A DNA stretch of 64,000 nucleotides from Lingula anatina. Its lineage: Eukaryota > Animalia > Brachiopoda. The notes beneath the pieces were generated by a model. The model did not search any database and was not told where the DNA came from. It worked only from the letters and a program-made list of their open reading frames with translations. The position numbers and the translations under genes are program-made. This document shows, one piece after another, positions 25,801-40,600 of the stretch (position 1 is its first letter; each line of letters starts with the position of its first letter). The DNA is taken from positions 12,090,001 through 12,154,000 of the forward strand of contig CM120642.1 of assembly GCA_051362555.1 (NCBI GenBank). Direction: 5' to 3'.

Positions 25801-28800
25801 AGTTAAGAGATAGTACAACACTTTATTTAAAAATTAATTTTTTTTAAATATCACTCTCTACCTTTTGTCAATTAATTTTATAGTATATGTATATGCAAAT
25901 AAAGCTTATCAATTATCAATCTTATTTTTTTCATCATAAAAACCCACATCTGTGCAGTTGTAATTTCCTTTTTACTGACAGAATACCTTCCTGTTTCCCT
26001 CGCCAAGCCAAATATTGGAAACTGAAGCCTTTAACTTATCTCTAATCTGATCACTGTTCCCACGTGGGGATTAATTGCCTTACTTTGGTTGCATTTAAGG
26101 TGATAACATTGCCATTCAAGCTCTGATTTCACACATAATGAAATCAAGTTTAGATCATATCTATGAGCTGTGTACTAGTATACTAGCCCTACTGCTAGTA
26201 TTGTTTAGAGAACTAGCCAGGAGCAGGTACTAGTAGGCCTACACAGTAAGAAAATGGTTCTTTATAAACAGGATTACCAAATCTGTGCATCTGTGCCGTA
26301 TATATCCTACATATTTTTAACCAGACTATTTTCAAGAAAGGTATCAATAATTTAAAAAAAAATAGAGAACAGATCAATGAGGCTCCATGATACTGAAGTT
26401 ATACTACGCATAACACAAACAACCCCCTCACCCCTTCAAACACCCCATTTCCATAGAATTTTAGATCGATCTATCCCTGTGGGAAGTCTCACTAGATTAC
26501 TGTCAGCTTGGCCAGCTAAAGCGTCTGTCCCGCCTAATAAAAGCTGTAAGGGGGTAATTAACTATGGTGCCCGCTCGGCTGACTGCAATTTAGTGTGAAC
26601 CCTCAGGGAGTTAGGTCGATCTCAATCTTAATCTTTAGATCGATCTAAATCTCTGGGAAAGCACCCAAAGTCTTCAAAACCTTCCTATCACACAATCCTC
26701 ACTTTTGGATTTCTTTCTAATTCACCCTTTTATTTAAACTACATTTCTGGTGTTTGAACATAATGGTGGATTTGTAGTTATGTTAGTAACGTAACGCCAA
26801 CTTCAAAAATTATTATATTCGAGTTCAATCATATGACACCATTCAATCTATGTTAGGAGTAAGAAATTACCTTTAATTCTACGGTTTGTAAAATTCCTAC
26901 TCCAGTAAGAAAATAATAAGTTTGTCATTGGTTGGTAACTGAAAACTTCAGTTGCTCATGAAGTTAAGTCAACAGCAATCAATCGAAATAAGTCACAACT
27001 AGCCTCTGTCTGGTCTTCTGATCTGTTGTCATCTGTGCCACCAGAATGTTGCATTCAAGGCTATATATTAAATATCCTTTCTAATCCTGCCCATCTAAGG
27101 ACTAAATTGTACATCCTTAGTTACTCAAAACCTGCTAACATCTGCATGGCAACAGGGGTTTTAATGAAGATCAAAAGGCAAGAGCCATGGATGCTGTTGA
27201 ACCCAAGAAAGGTCTAGTTCAAAGCAGAGCAATTCTGACCTTTCAGTAGCATGAATTATCACTTAGGCTGTGTTGGGGCAGGAATACCTGAAATATGGTC
27301 TGGCAGTAGAGATACATGTCACATATGTGAAATGTGAAGGGCAATCTGTCATGGCCATCAGGGCTTGATAACCCAAAGGCATCACATATTGGGACCGAAT
27401 GATACTGATACTTGAATTATACTGATATTTGAAGTGTTTGACACCAATAAATTGCCAAAACAATATTCTTAGTATTTTTTAAAGTTATAAGATATTTTAT
27501 CATTGCAACTATCCCACCATTTCATAAGCCCTTTTATGGAATGATACCAGTATTGATACATTGGTGAGTAGTTCTCGGTCTCAAAATGACACACTGAGGA
27601 AAGTCACCATGTGATCAAGTGCTTTGTGTCTCCTTTTTTATTTGTGTATTAAAGTGAGATGTTGAAACTTATTATTATTATTATTAACAGAGTTAACACA
27701 GAATAATTTTCATCAGAAATTATAAATTAATATATGAAATGTTCAATTTTGATATTTTCATGCATAATTAAGCATGACTTTATAAAATGAACATCAGTGT
27801 AACTTTTTATCTTTTATGATGGCATTCGTCACATGAAAATTTCCAGCAAAAAACTTATATGGCGTTTTTTGCAGGAAATTTTCATGTGACCAGCAAAAAA
27901 CACCATATAAGTTTTTTGAGACACCAAGATCTCATTTTTTCAGTTTCATCCTTTCTATCAGAGGTACCAAGTAACTCAATCTTTTTAAGCTTCCATGCTT
28001 TGTTATTTATGCTATTACAACTTGCACTCAAAACTTACCGTCATGTTTATTACATTAGAGACACTGTAAAATAATAAATTATGTATACACAAAGGCAATT
28101 GTGATAGGTTTGACTCGTTTCAAATAATAGCCTTGAAACAAGAGATGATATCGCTATAAATATTAACACTTGGTTGCAAAATGCGATGCCTTTAAGTAAG
28201 GCAATAGTCCCAGATTTGCCATGTTTACGTGCGCCACCCAGGTGTTAAAAAACTCCAATTGGCATCTGACTGTCTCACTTCACTTGCCAGTCAATAACCT
28301 GCTATGTTCAATTTCTGTTACCTTTCCTTCCTTGATTCCTGGCATCAAATAGGAACTTTCAGAGCTTTCTGGCAACAGGCCTACTGTATACATATGCCCC
28401 TAGGAAAATCTCATGAAACTTGGTAAAGCAGACAGCAGGATGCAGAATACCTTCGAGTGTAAATTGTATCTTAGCCAATGGAGTACTCCAGAACTCATTT
28501 ACCATCAGTTACTTTCCCTCTACTACAGGGTCACAGAGAAAGTTTATTCCACTAAATATTCACAGATATTTCTCTGGTTGTTCACTGGCTATGCACATTC
28601 CTACTGGTATATTGTTTAGCATAGGTGGTTTCATGCACAGCATTCAGTAAAGGTGAACCCTAGCATGGTCAAGTGAATTGTCTCTTGATAGATCTTGTGA
28701 GAAAACAACCCACGAGCTATGCAGACTCGCTTAAGGATATCTACATTTATAAATAACAGGAAATGAATAATTCTGCATTCAAAGAAATCAAATTGGATAT

Positions 28801-31800
28801 CAAGTGCACTTTGAAAGGCCATATGTCATGATGACCAATGCACCAGAGCAATAGAAAAAGGAAGCATCCCTATTCTTGGGTCAAGCCAACCTGCAATCCT
28901 ATTTTCATTGTATTTTTTAAAATCATTATTTTCCCTGTTACTTGGATCATGTTCAGCATTGTTTCAAGCAAATTTGTTTTAAGACTAACTCTATGTACTA
29001 CTGTTTGATTGGATGAATAGCAGGTATAAACTTATCGTCCTTATTATTGACCCCAACTATTCAGGACCCCTGTTTTAACATCTTTTTTACTTCCATAACA
29101 AAAAAGAAGATTAAATTGCAAGTCAAAGAAATCTAGTTTAGAAGCTTGAATAAGTCAATCTAGAATAAATCAGTCCAATAACATACTGTGACTATCAGTC
29201 TAAAACTTCAGCTTACTTTTTCATTCTTTCTGTAAAATTGGCCCAATCCCCTCAAATGAAGTACTGAGTCATCTTGATTAAAAGAAGACTAAATTTCCAA
29301 TCTTTCAGTTAAAGACCAAAATTCCTATTTGGAGAAACCACCTCCAGATGTCCAAAGTACCATGTAATTGCCCTTGTTACTGTGGTGACTCTATGTTTCT
29401 TATATATGTTAATGGCAAAAAAAGTATAAATTACTACTCGACATATAATTCTAGATGAAAAATCATTATTATAAACAGTATAATACAGAAAAAAAAAATG
29501 CAGAGATTCAACCTTGCTACTATCAACTGAAAATTCCTGCTCTGTCACAGTTAGTAGATAAGGTCAATTCCATTAGACTGCTTTCCTATTATAAAAGATT
29601 TACTCATTATTTATAGCTGTACTTCATTAGTTTCCCCTTTTAAATGTTTGCTATACAAAATGCTAGTATTGAAAACAGCCTCTTCTCTACAGCATCTTTT
29701 ACCTGAACTGAATTCCAATATAAATCTATTATCAAAATCACAAAGTTTTCTTGTACAGCCAATCAGCTATATGTGTGAGATGAGGCAGAGTGAGAGACCC
29801 TCTACAAAAAGGGAAGGCTATTAACTATCACAATTGAGAGTTTTTCATTTCCCATATATCATTTATACAACATGCCTTTTTATCCACATGTTCATGTCAA
29901 GCACAAGCTACTCATTTCTTAAGGAGGAAACAAATGTATCACCATTTTCAGGGGCAGATCCAGAAATAATTTTTTTTTTTTTTGTTGATCCATTCTCCAT
30001 TTTTGGCTGTTTTCCGACAGAAAAAATTAGATTCCTGTCATTATAAACTTGAAATTTTTCCCAAGACCAAGAAGAGGCTTCCTTAATCCCTCCCCCCCCC
30101 CCTTGATTTTATCAAATATATCTAAATGAATAATGAAACAATTATGTTTTCTCTGTGGAATATAAAATGTGAAGTTATTTTATGCCATCACTCTGCAGTG
30201 ATACAATTATGATCAAAAACGTATTTTTGAAAACCCAAAATGTGAACTGTAAATTTCATCACAATTTGGGGAAATTTAAAAAAAAGTGAAAAATAAAGAT
30301 TTAATAGCTTTTATATATATTGACAGTCATTTAAAACCTTGAGACCATATTTTATGATATACTATAATTGTTATTTAGAAGCCCTAAACTGGAATTTTTT
30401 CACATGATTCATTTATTTAGGATATTAATTGACATACAGAAACAGAAAATTTCAAGTTTCAAGAATAATTTTGAAACAAAACACTTAACAGTGTCACTTG
30501 CAAACAAATAACTAATGATTATCCTTGTGGTGAGTCAAAGGCAGCATTCACATCTAGAAGAGCCGAGGCTCAACAAAGCCGAGAACTAAATATGGCAGAC
30601 GTACATGAAAGGAAAACCGCCTAATCTTTAAATAGTCTCTCCGCCTCTCACACGCCTCCCCACGCGTCTTCCCTGTGGGGGTACAGTCATAAAATCTCGG
30701 CTCCACTCGCCCGGAAGCTACCTGAGAAATATTAAGTGTGCATGCTCACCAATTAAACTCGCGGTGAAGAAAGCATGGCAGCTGGAAGTGATTGAAGGAA
30801 AAAAGCTCTTCTGTTCTATTATCTTTCAAAACAGAGACGAAAAAGGAATGAATTGGCCCGTTGAGCAACAATGAAGCGGCTATCTACGGAGATAATGTCA
30901 GCTGACCCAAGACCAATGAGCATGCACACTTAATTTTTCTTAGGTAGCTTTAATGACTGTACCCCCGCAAGGACGACGCATGGGGAGGCGTGTGAGAGGC
31001 GGAGAGACTATTAAAAGATCAGGCGATTTTCCTTTCATGTATGTCCGCCATATTTAGTTCTTGGCTTTGTTGAGCCTTGGCTCTTCTTGATGTGAATGCA
31101 GCCAAAGAATGAAAAGAAACAAAGGTCACGATTTGCTTTGGGAAGATTGTGTGGCTACTGTAATTTATTGGGATAAACAGTTTTACTGTTTGTTCTGAAA
31201 AATGTTCCTATGTTTATTGTTTGGTATTTTGAATGTAATCATCAAAAAAAGGAGGGGCCCCTTTATGAAGAAAATTATCTGAATACCTCATAATGAATGG
31301 ATTATCACCTTCTGGGCAATTACTAGAACTTCACAACAAAATGTAAGTCTAATTTCAGTCTCTTAATTAGAAGACTTCAAATGTTCCATTTATTGTTAAA
31401 TTAGCACATTTTCAAACTTACCTGACAAAATGACAGTTAACAAACAAACAAAAAAAAAATCTTCAAACTGACAACACCTGCAGTAGTTACTAGCTTATAT
31501 AAATGCCAAGTTTACCAATATATTCAGAAGCATCAATGAGGAGACCATCTGATATCATGACCATTTGTTTTCTTCACCTTGTGTTCAGCAAGGCAATTAA
31601 TTGCCGATGAGCTTCCTGAAATGTCAATTTCCCCACGCCATGTTTCTAAGGGTGACAGGGGAGTTTCCTGTCATTGTCCAGTTAAATAGTGTTTTCTAGT
31701 CTAGTGGCAATGGGTTAACATGGTGTCATGCAACCTTGGCAGGCCCCATGCAGTGAACCGATCTAATCCTGCAATTCTCCTGTCTACCACCATAATACAG

Positions 31801-34800
31801 TTTATGTGAAGGTTTACCAGTTTATAATATTCCCAAGTGTAAATCTTTACATCTGAATAATATAAGTTCCTCATGATAAGAGTTACATAAAACTAAAAAA
31901 AATCTGATCCTACTCCTTAACTGTAATTTTTTAACGAAAATTTAATTCTCAATTTCAGACTGTTAACTTCATAATCAAGCAAATAAATAAAATCTATTCA
32001 AAGCACGATATAACCTACCTCTTTAATAAGAGACGTGACTAAACTGAGCCCTCACAGGGGTAACATTTTTAAGTTAAGCTATTTGAAACTATATATGGAG
32101 GCATCTGGGCAGGCTTAGTGGCAAAGATTTGATGTTTTAACTCAGATCTAATGCATCATTAAAGCCACAATATGAAAAATTCACTGTCCAAAAGTTCACT
32201 CTCTGTATGCTTAATATCTAACTTCGACAATGAAAAAAAGGCATAAACTTCCAAGTCAAAGTAATATTCTACTTCCAAGAAACCACACCATCAAGCTCAA
32301 TCAAAGACTACAGCTTTGTGGTATGTTTGATTGATCTCCTAAAAACAGCTATTTTCTCAAATTAAAATTTGTTTATAGGTATGCCAATATATCCTTTGCA
32401 AATTTTTAACCATGTTTGTCAGCTTGCTGTGAAGATAAGGGACAAGCTTAACTGCCATTTACTGAAGCAAGGTATTGACTGTTACTGTCCTATGCAGTCT
32501 TTGTAATTTTTTTTATTATTGAAAAACCAGCAGCAGTCAAGTGGAAAATGGCAAAACAAAAAAAGACATTTTTTACCAAAAAAAAAAAAAAAAAATCAAT
32601 TAACATGTGTTTTTGTTTTAACATCTAGCCTAAAATTACCATTTTGCTCAGGTGTATTAATTTAATTATTTTACTACCCTTTACACTTTGCTCAAGTATA
32701 TTAATTTCATTATTTTACTAAAAGCCAGCTGAAGCTGACAGGTGTACAGCTAAGCACTGTTAACATCTGTTATCTGAAGTAACTACCTGCTGTGGAACAC
32801 AAAAAAGACAAAAAACATGCAAACGTTTCATTTTCCAGTTAACCCTGTTGAAAGACAAACATCTTGAATCTTTTTGAGACAATGAACAATTTACAGTTTG
32901 GTTTTAGGACAAACAAGCAAATTATAGTTCAAACACTGTCAGATGGAGCAATTCAGAAAAGCTTATCTAACCACCAATTAGAAGCCAAGTCCATAGCAAG
33001 CTGGAGGCAGAAAACAATTGCTAGTACCTGAATGTACAGTGGCCGATTTAGGCGGAGTTCGAGGGGTTTGTTGGGTTTGGACACATTTTCAGACCTCCCC
33101 CCCCCCCCTTCTTGGTGATAAAAAACCTGTTTGCTTTGTTCTCCAATTCTTCCTAAAGGTGTGCAATTCATTCAATTGATCAATCACTGGTGGTTGGCAT
33201 TACATTCCATAGCTGTCTTATAAATAAGATCTAGGATATACGATAAGAGTGACCAATTGCCATCTCAATGAGGAGAGGAGGCCCTACCCTATACATATAA
33301 TACACATATACTAGTATACATATAATGTAGTGTTTATAAAGCTTATTAAGTTTGGAGCTTACACCTAGTGGCATTCCACGACACAATGGCTAGTTGATTA
33401 TATATTTAATTATTATCCTGCATCAACAGAAGTTAATTAGTAGTTGCTCACCCACCTTAATGGCATAAGTGAATCTTCTGCTATTGTCTCATGTCTAAGA
33501 TCAAAGCCAACAACTGATAAGTCGTTTCTTCACTTTCGCGGGTACATGTGGTGGCAGAAAGTTTTATTTCTGACACCCCTGTTGGCTAAAGAAAATCAGC
33601 AACAGAATTTGGGAGACTTAAAATGTTTCATGAGGGAATTTTAAAATGGGTCGTACACTCATCAGTCCACATTAATTTTGCTGTTACAGCGAAAAAATGA
33701 AGAAGGTATTCGCAATGCTATTGCAACTTCTGATTTTTCCAATCATATTACCAAATTATCTAGTTACAGCACCTTTAAAAGCTTTGTACACTGCTTTGCA
33801 TTTATACTTCTGAAATATAATGGTTTGCACACATGCTTGGTGTAGGGCATTCTTATAACATCACTGGACCCATTTTGGACAGCGACCCAGGTTGGACATT
33901 TATATCAATATCTGGAAAATTGCATCACTGCCCAGTGCCATTCAACAGATCCAGCTGAAATAGAAATTGTTTTTTTTTTTTTTTTATGGTCTAACTTTAT
34001 CATATAACCACTACTGAGCAAGATAAAAAAAGGTGTCCAAACTAGATGCTGTGATGTTAAAATGCCATCAGCCTATGTTTGATCTTTACCTTCGACAGTC
34101 CTGAAATAGTGCCTCTATCCACCCCTCAAAAGCCCATCATGACATGAGATGTTGTTTGGCAATTGAGCAAGTAGCAGAAACCTTTCAGAACCTGGTTAAT
34201 ATAATTACTTTTTCGTTAATGTACTTATTTAATTGTTCCCACCACATATTTAATAATAATTTTTTTAAGGGGGGGGGGGGGGGAGATCAATAAAAATGAA
34301 CCCCTCTCAAGGAAATCCTGGATACGCCCCTGATGTAATCTGCCTGCTTGTAATCCAAAGGTGCCAGCTAGGGCCCAGTTTGACATAAAAAACTTCAGAT
34401 TACATAATGATATCCTGAAATGTATCATTACCTAATTTAATTTTTTTTCTATCATTTCCTTATTCTTCTAGCAATCCATCATATCTGACACATATACTTT
34501 GTGGCTATACTGTTCAACATATCAATAACAGGTAGGTCTGTCGCTGTGCAAAGGATGAAGATGCCACTTTTACCTGTTAAATAACTGGTATAATGCCATC
34601 AGCAAAATCACCATACAATGCTCTTTGTATGTCCATAAACATCAAATGATAATATTAAAACAACCAGTGGATTTTAAGCCTAACTTTGGGCATAAAAAAT
34701 TCCTTTAACTGGTGTCCAGAAATCAGTGACACTCAACATGTCATAATGCATGCATGCTCTTCACAAACTGTAAGTATATCCTTCAAGACTGGGTGGAAAT

Positions 34801-37601
34801 CAAACACTTACCACAATGTTTATTAACTTTGTACAGTTACTGTCTTGTTAAGTGATCATGAAGGCCCTTCTCTGCATTTCTCATAACAGTCAATGAGTGA
34901 AACACCTACATATGGTAACAATGACGGTAAACAAATGTTGAACATCAAGGAACCATTGAAAAAAGTAAGTCGGCGAAAAGTGAGTCAAGAGGTTTGATAA
35001 TACAGACTCATATGTGCAGGTTTTGACATTTGCATTGACATGACAGTTAAAATGACAATCCAGGAAATACTGTAGTGAGAAAATATATAAATTTTGTACA
35101 CAAAAATTAACTCAATTCTCTAATCTGACCTTGAAAATTAGACTAATCTGGCCAAAGGTCATAATCAAGGTCAGGCTTTAAATCTGTACAGGCAGTTTCA
35201 AACATAATGATCCAGATAAACCCCATGGTACTGGTACCCACCACTGGGTTGGCAATGAACTGCATAGAGAATTTCTTACATTCTTTACTAATAAACATAT
35301 TTTCAGAAAAAAAATGTTCTTTTACAAAATTGCAGTAGCACAACTGAATTTAACTCTCAGGGTCTCACTGAAACTATCGGTAGTAGTACCGTAATGGATC
35401 AACAGAGTGGAGGCTGTAAACATAATACGGGGTCAGGCAGAGTGGGAGCCTTTAATAAAGAACTACTGGAATCGAGCCATTGCATGTCATATATGGCCAC
35501 ATTCACAACCAGTTGATCCAAGGGCTAACAGATCCGAGGATCAAATGTGGCCAACCTGCTTGAAGGCTTGCCGCATAATCCCTTTATAGACACTGAACAG
35601 TCTCCACAAGGTTTACGCGGAAAGCTTTCAAGTGGGTTGGCCATATTTGACCTGTGGATCTGTTAGTCCACGTATCAACTTATGTTGTGAATGCAGCCAG
35701 TGAGGTCAGGCAGAGTGGGAACCTTAATTTCTTATAAAGAACTACTGGAATCCCCTGGAATCAAACCATAGCATGTCACACATAACTGTTAACTATATCT
35801 GTTTGTTTGCATAGCACCAGGGTGATTCAATGGTCCTTTAACATTCAGCATACAACAGTTTTTCAATTTAGGTGCCATACAAAATCAGGATATATACTCA
35901 TTGTTTAATACCATGAGGTTTTAGCTGTCATTTTTAGTTTGAAAAATCAACTTATTATTCTATGTACAGTTGATCACATGGTGTCTTAAGAGTAACAGTT
36001 CATTTAATTATAAGTGTAACTGACATGCAAGAGTGCATCAATTCATCTTTACATGTAATGGATTATTTTGTTTCAGTGATATACTGGAAACTAGCTCCAG
36101 AAAAGTTTTGAATATTTCACAAATGGCCATATGCTTTGTTGTGTTAGACAGTTTAAATAGATTCTTTAGTCACATAATTTGAATGCACTGTTCCCGACGC
36201 TCACAGATGATAATGCAATAGGCTATTATTCAAGATTGTATCTGACAACTCATGAATGATTGATAAAGTATTCAGTATATTAAAAACACCTCTCCTGAGT
36301 GTCATATTATTTTCTCTCTCCTAACTGGTATATTTCCTAGAAAAAATGTACATTGTATAGGATCATTTTTGTCTTGAATCCTGCTATTTTATGTAAAGAA
36401 CACCTTCTTTGCCAGATATATATATGCTTTTAAAAAGCGGCAGTTATTATTTTAAAACATACTAAATACAGGACAACACAAAGCAGTCACTGCCACTCCC
36501 TTCAGGAAAATGTCAAGTGCTAACAGATTTGATTTATTATAAGTATGCTTAATATTTAGGTTGACAAATAGCTCATATTTGACATGTACAAGTAAGAAAG
36601 AAGTGACTGATCAGATAAATATCAAATATCTTATCAAGGAAATCATACCACTGACAGGCTGCTTTTTCTCTCAACTTTTCTTCAGTAGATATGCGTACTA
36701 GTAATTTGAAACACTGTCAAACAAAAGTAAAAGTAAAAGATGTGAGAAACTTAAAGAACCAACAATGGAATTCTCTTTGATGATAAAGGTATACTTGGTA
36801 GCATTTTGGTAATACATAATTGGCTAATTCACCAAGTACTTTTTGGCTAACATCATAACTCCAAAATATGTGCTACATTGTATCATCTGCATGAAGTGAA
36901 ATTAATTTTTTAACTTCTTTTATACCTGTGTTATACAATTTAATAACATTATACCATTTAAGTGCTGCAAGTACTCCTGCAAATTTAATTTATATTTATA
37001 AAAAGATTGAAGGTGAAAGCCTAATTTCAGGGTATCCTTTTGATGGCATACCTATTGAATTTCTAAGAATTCTGAAACATTTGCCCTCTGAACTACAGTA
37101 ACAGAAATATCACTACAGAACTGTGATATCCAACTCCTAACTTAGCATGGAAAATGTCATTGCCTTCTAAAGGAAAAACCAAGACAAAGAATGGAATGCC
37201 TTTTCAAAGTCACGCAGTAACAGTTACCAAGGAATAATATCTTCCTAGGTCTACTGCTCTGAATCAGATTTTAAAATAAAATATCAAGTATTTTAAATAA
37301 TGTATCTACCTAAAATGAAGCATACTGCATTCCTTTACTCACTTTAGTGACCAGCTTGACCCCACTGTGCTACAGCTGCTTATCAGACAGCCCAAATTTA
37401 ATCTATATACACATACACATATATATATATAATACAGTGAACACGATCTGTCTGACCTGCTTGACCAGTGGCCAAAGGTATTATCTCCCCTCTGTCCAGC
37501 TGGCCAAGCTTTACAGTGTGCACCACTGGTGGTCGTTTCCTAATCTCCCCCCCCTCCTCCATCTTTACTAAACATGTACTTTAATTACGTGCAACCTATG
37601 C

Positions 37602-37632
<31 letters not shown>

Positions 37633-40600
37633 ATCCCACCCCTTCAACAAATTCTAAATTTATATATGAGGGCTAAGTAAGGCACTCCTCCTCCTACATT
37701 GGGGATTTTGATCACCTGCCCTCCATTCACTTAATAAGTTATCTCAACCGTCCAAATCACAACTCACGGGTGTCAGCAAAGATTATTTGTTGAAGTACAA
37801 AAGAAATTATTTGCAACATATTTAATAATAAGTTTTAGAGAAGATTATTCACGCTATTATAAACAGAGAATTATGTGTTATACAGATCAAAATGTCCCAT
37901 TCCTCTACTGTATTTTATTTTATTTTATTTTATTTATTTGTTTATTTATTTATTTATTTATTTTGCTTGACCATTATGCAATCCCCTTCTCACTTAACAA
38001 AATTTCTCACTTGACAGGTTCAACCCGAAGGCGAAGGTTTATACTATCCCAGACTGAGACCACTGTAACTAACAAGTGAGAGAAATATCTGTGAACATCT
38101 TGGGGAAAGTTTGTTGAGTGGAGATATCCTATCCCTAGCAAACTGCCGGAGAACTACCTGGACCATCACAATCAGTTCTGTCCAGTGGATCCTAGGTTAA
38201 ACAATAGGATTGACAATGGTGGTGAGATAGCCACAACATGGATGGGCACAAGGTATCCATTTGAATAATTAATGATGGAAGTCCTTGGCTCATCTCCATA
38301 AAAAGCACCACCACTTCTTAACACAGTGGCTTACAGCAATAAATACTATGACAGTATTCATTCAGTGTATGTTCATATTATAAAATATACAGACAGTGGT
38401 TACACCCTTGATAACAGCTAGGATCAAACACAAGATTATTGACTCCTAGCTAGATCCTAGTATATTTTAATATACCTGTAATTCTTTGGTTGGGTCCCCT
38501 GTCTATGAAATTATGTAAAACCCCAGTGTGTCATGTACCATGGCAAATATAAGATTCTAAACTGGAGCAAAATTAAAGCTAGCACAAATACATGTAGGTT
38601 TACATCAGAATAATTTCTGCTGTAACTTCTAATGGCATCAGGAAAATTTATTATTTTGATGTAGCCAATGATGCAAGACTGTGTCAGTATGGGTGCAGGC
38701 CCGTAGCCAGGGGGGGTTCGGGGGGTTCGAAAGAACCCCCCCTTTTTGCTGGAAAAAGGTCCACTCTGAGTAAAATTTGACCTAGGTACATGGGGGTTAT
38801 ATGGTAAAAGGTCCACTTTTTCAGAAAAAGAACCCCCCCTTTGAAATTGCTGGCTATGGGCCTGGGGTGTGTGTACACAGTGTACTGTATGTCACATCTA
38901 CTTCATCATTTCCTTGACATCCCTATGCAGCTAACATTCTTCTTTTTAAATTCTCAAACCAGTAAGTACTAGAAATATATATCAATGCTTGGTGGTGATT
39001 TTAAGTGGTGACATGGAGTAAAAGTACAATTTAAAAACACCATATATTTTGCTGAAATAACTGATAACTGAAACTCTGCAAGACTTTAATCTTAGTAAAA
39101 TACAAATTGGACTTACATCACAATAACATTGAATACTTACATTAAAGATAAATATAATTATATCTATAAAATGTTAATTTGCTATGTATTTTTACCATTC
39201 CCCCCCCCCCCCCCACACACACACACCCTGCATAATAATAATAATAAAAACAAGCTTAACTTACTAATATGTACTCAGAGATTAATTCAAGTATGGGTTA
39301 ATGCTGCTTGCCCAGTTCCTTTTTTAACTTGTGGGCATTCTGACCTTTCACACCCTTGTTAAGTTTGGTCTGCCAACTGTCTGCCACCCTTAGCAACAAA
39401 ACAATCCTATTGTTTGTCACAGTTGTAACTTGTAAGCAACATGTCTACTGAAGAACAATTAACGTATAACAAACTTCCACTGGTTCTATTAATAGAAATA
39501 TTTAGAGAACATATAGTGTGCATTCCTATCTTTGACCAAACAGCACACACAGACATCGCCATCAATTCATTTTATGCCCAGTTGGCAACTAGGGCACCAG
39601 CAAAGATCTTCCACTACTCACCGTCACGTCACGGGGGCAGGGTCGATGTTAGATGGTTCCCTCCCATTTGTTTTAACTCCGGGTGCATTCAGAACTGCAG
39701 GCTAACACACACATTAGCCTAGGTTTCAAAAAAAAAGAAAAAAAAAAAAAAACTCCGAACATTTATCATGAGACCCAACACCTAACCTTCACGAATCTCA
39801 GGAAGCATCAGAATTGAATTAAAAAAACATGGAAAAAGCTCATGTCTGCTAACAGATCCATAATTCAAATATGACCAAACTTGAATGCTTGTTGCATGAT
39901 CCCCGTGGGAAATCTATTCAGTGCCTGATTGGGAATTAAGGGCAAGCTTTTTAGTGGGTTGCCATATTTGTCCGCAGACCTGCAAGTCCACTGTTCTGAA
40001 TGTGCTCTCTGCCTCTAGGTCCTTCTCCATGTGGTCTTAAGTCTGTCTCTTTGGGTGCAATCAGAACAAGTTTAATAAATAAGAAATAATTGTAATTATA
40101 AATCAAAATAAAGCATTTTGGTAAAAAAAAAATCTGCAAAATTTAAAACAAACTGGCATTAAGACTTCATATTAACATTCTTTTGACACTAAAGCTGCAT
40201 TTAAAGTGTTTTTTTCAATTGGTCTGTTAACTAGTATATACTTCATACTTTAAGGCCTTGAAATGCAGGTGTCAGAGAGTCCATTTGTAACTACTGTAGT
40301 TGACTATATTGTTTGCCACAACATAAGTACCAAAACGGGCAATTACACATCTGATGACTTGATAATTTTATCAATACTATTAATACAACACAATCTTGAT
40401 AAAATTAAATATGTCTTTTTTTTTCAAGTGGTACTCAAAATTTGATTTGTTTCGCTTGATAATTTTATGATTATTAATTTTGTGTTGGTAATAAGTTGCT
40501 CAATAAAATTTGCCAGTGTCAATACTCAGTTTTTCTGAAGACCACTGTCTTTTACCTTGGTGATAACATTCGACTTTCCTATCTGTACTGAAATTCAATT

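Noticed and set aside
29948-34333. Fragments CAGGGGCAGATCCAG (~29948), CAGTGGCCGATTTAGG (~33037) and CTGGATACGCCCCTG (~34318)
   Set aside because: Probably single ends of decayed MITEs; no partner TIR or TSD could be defined.
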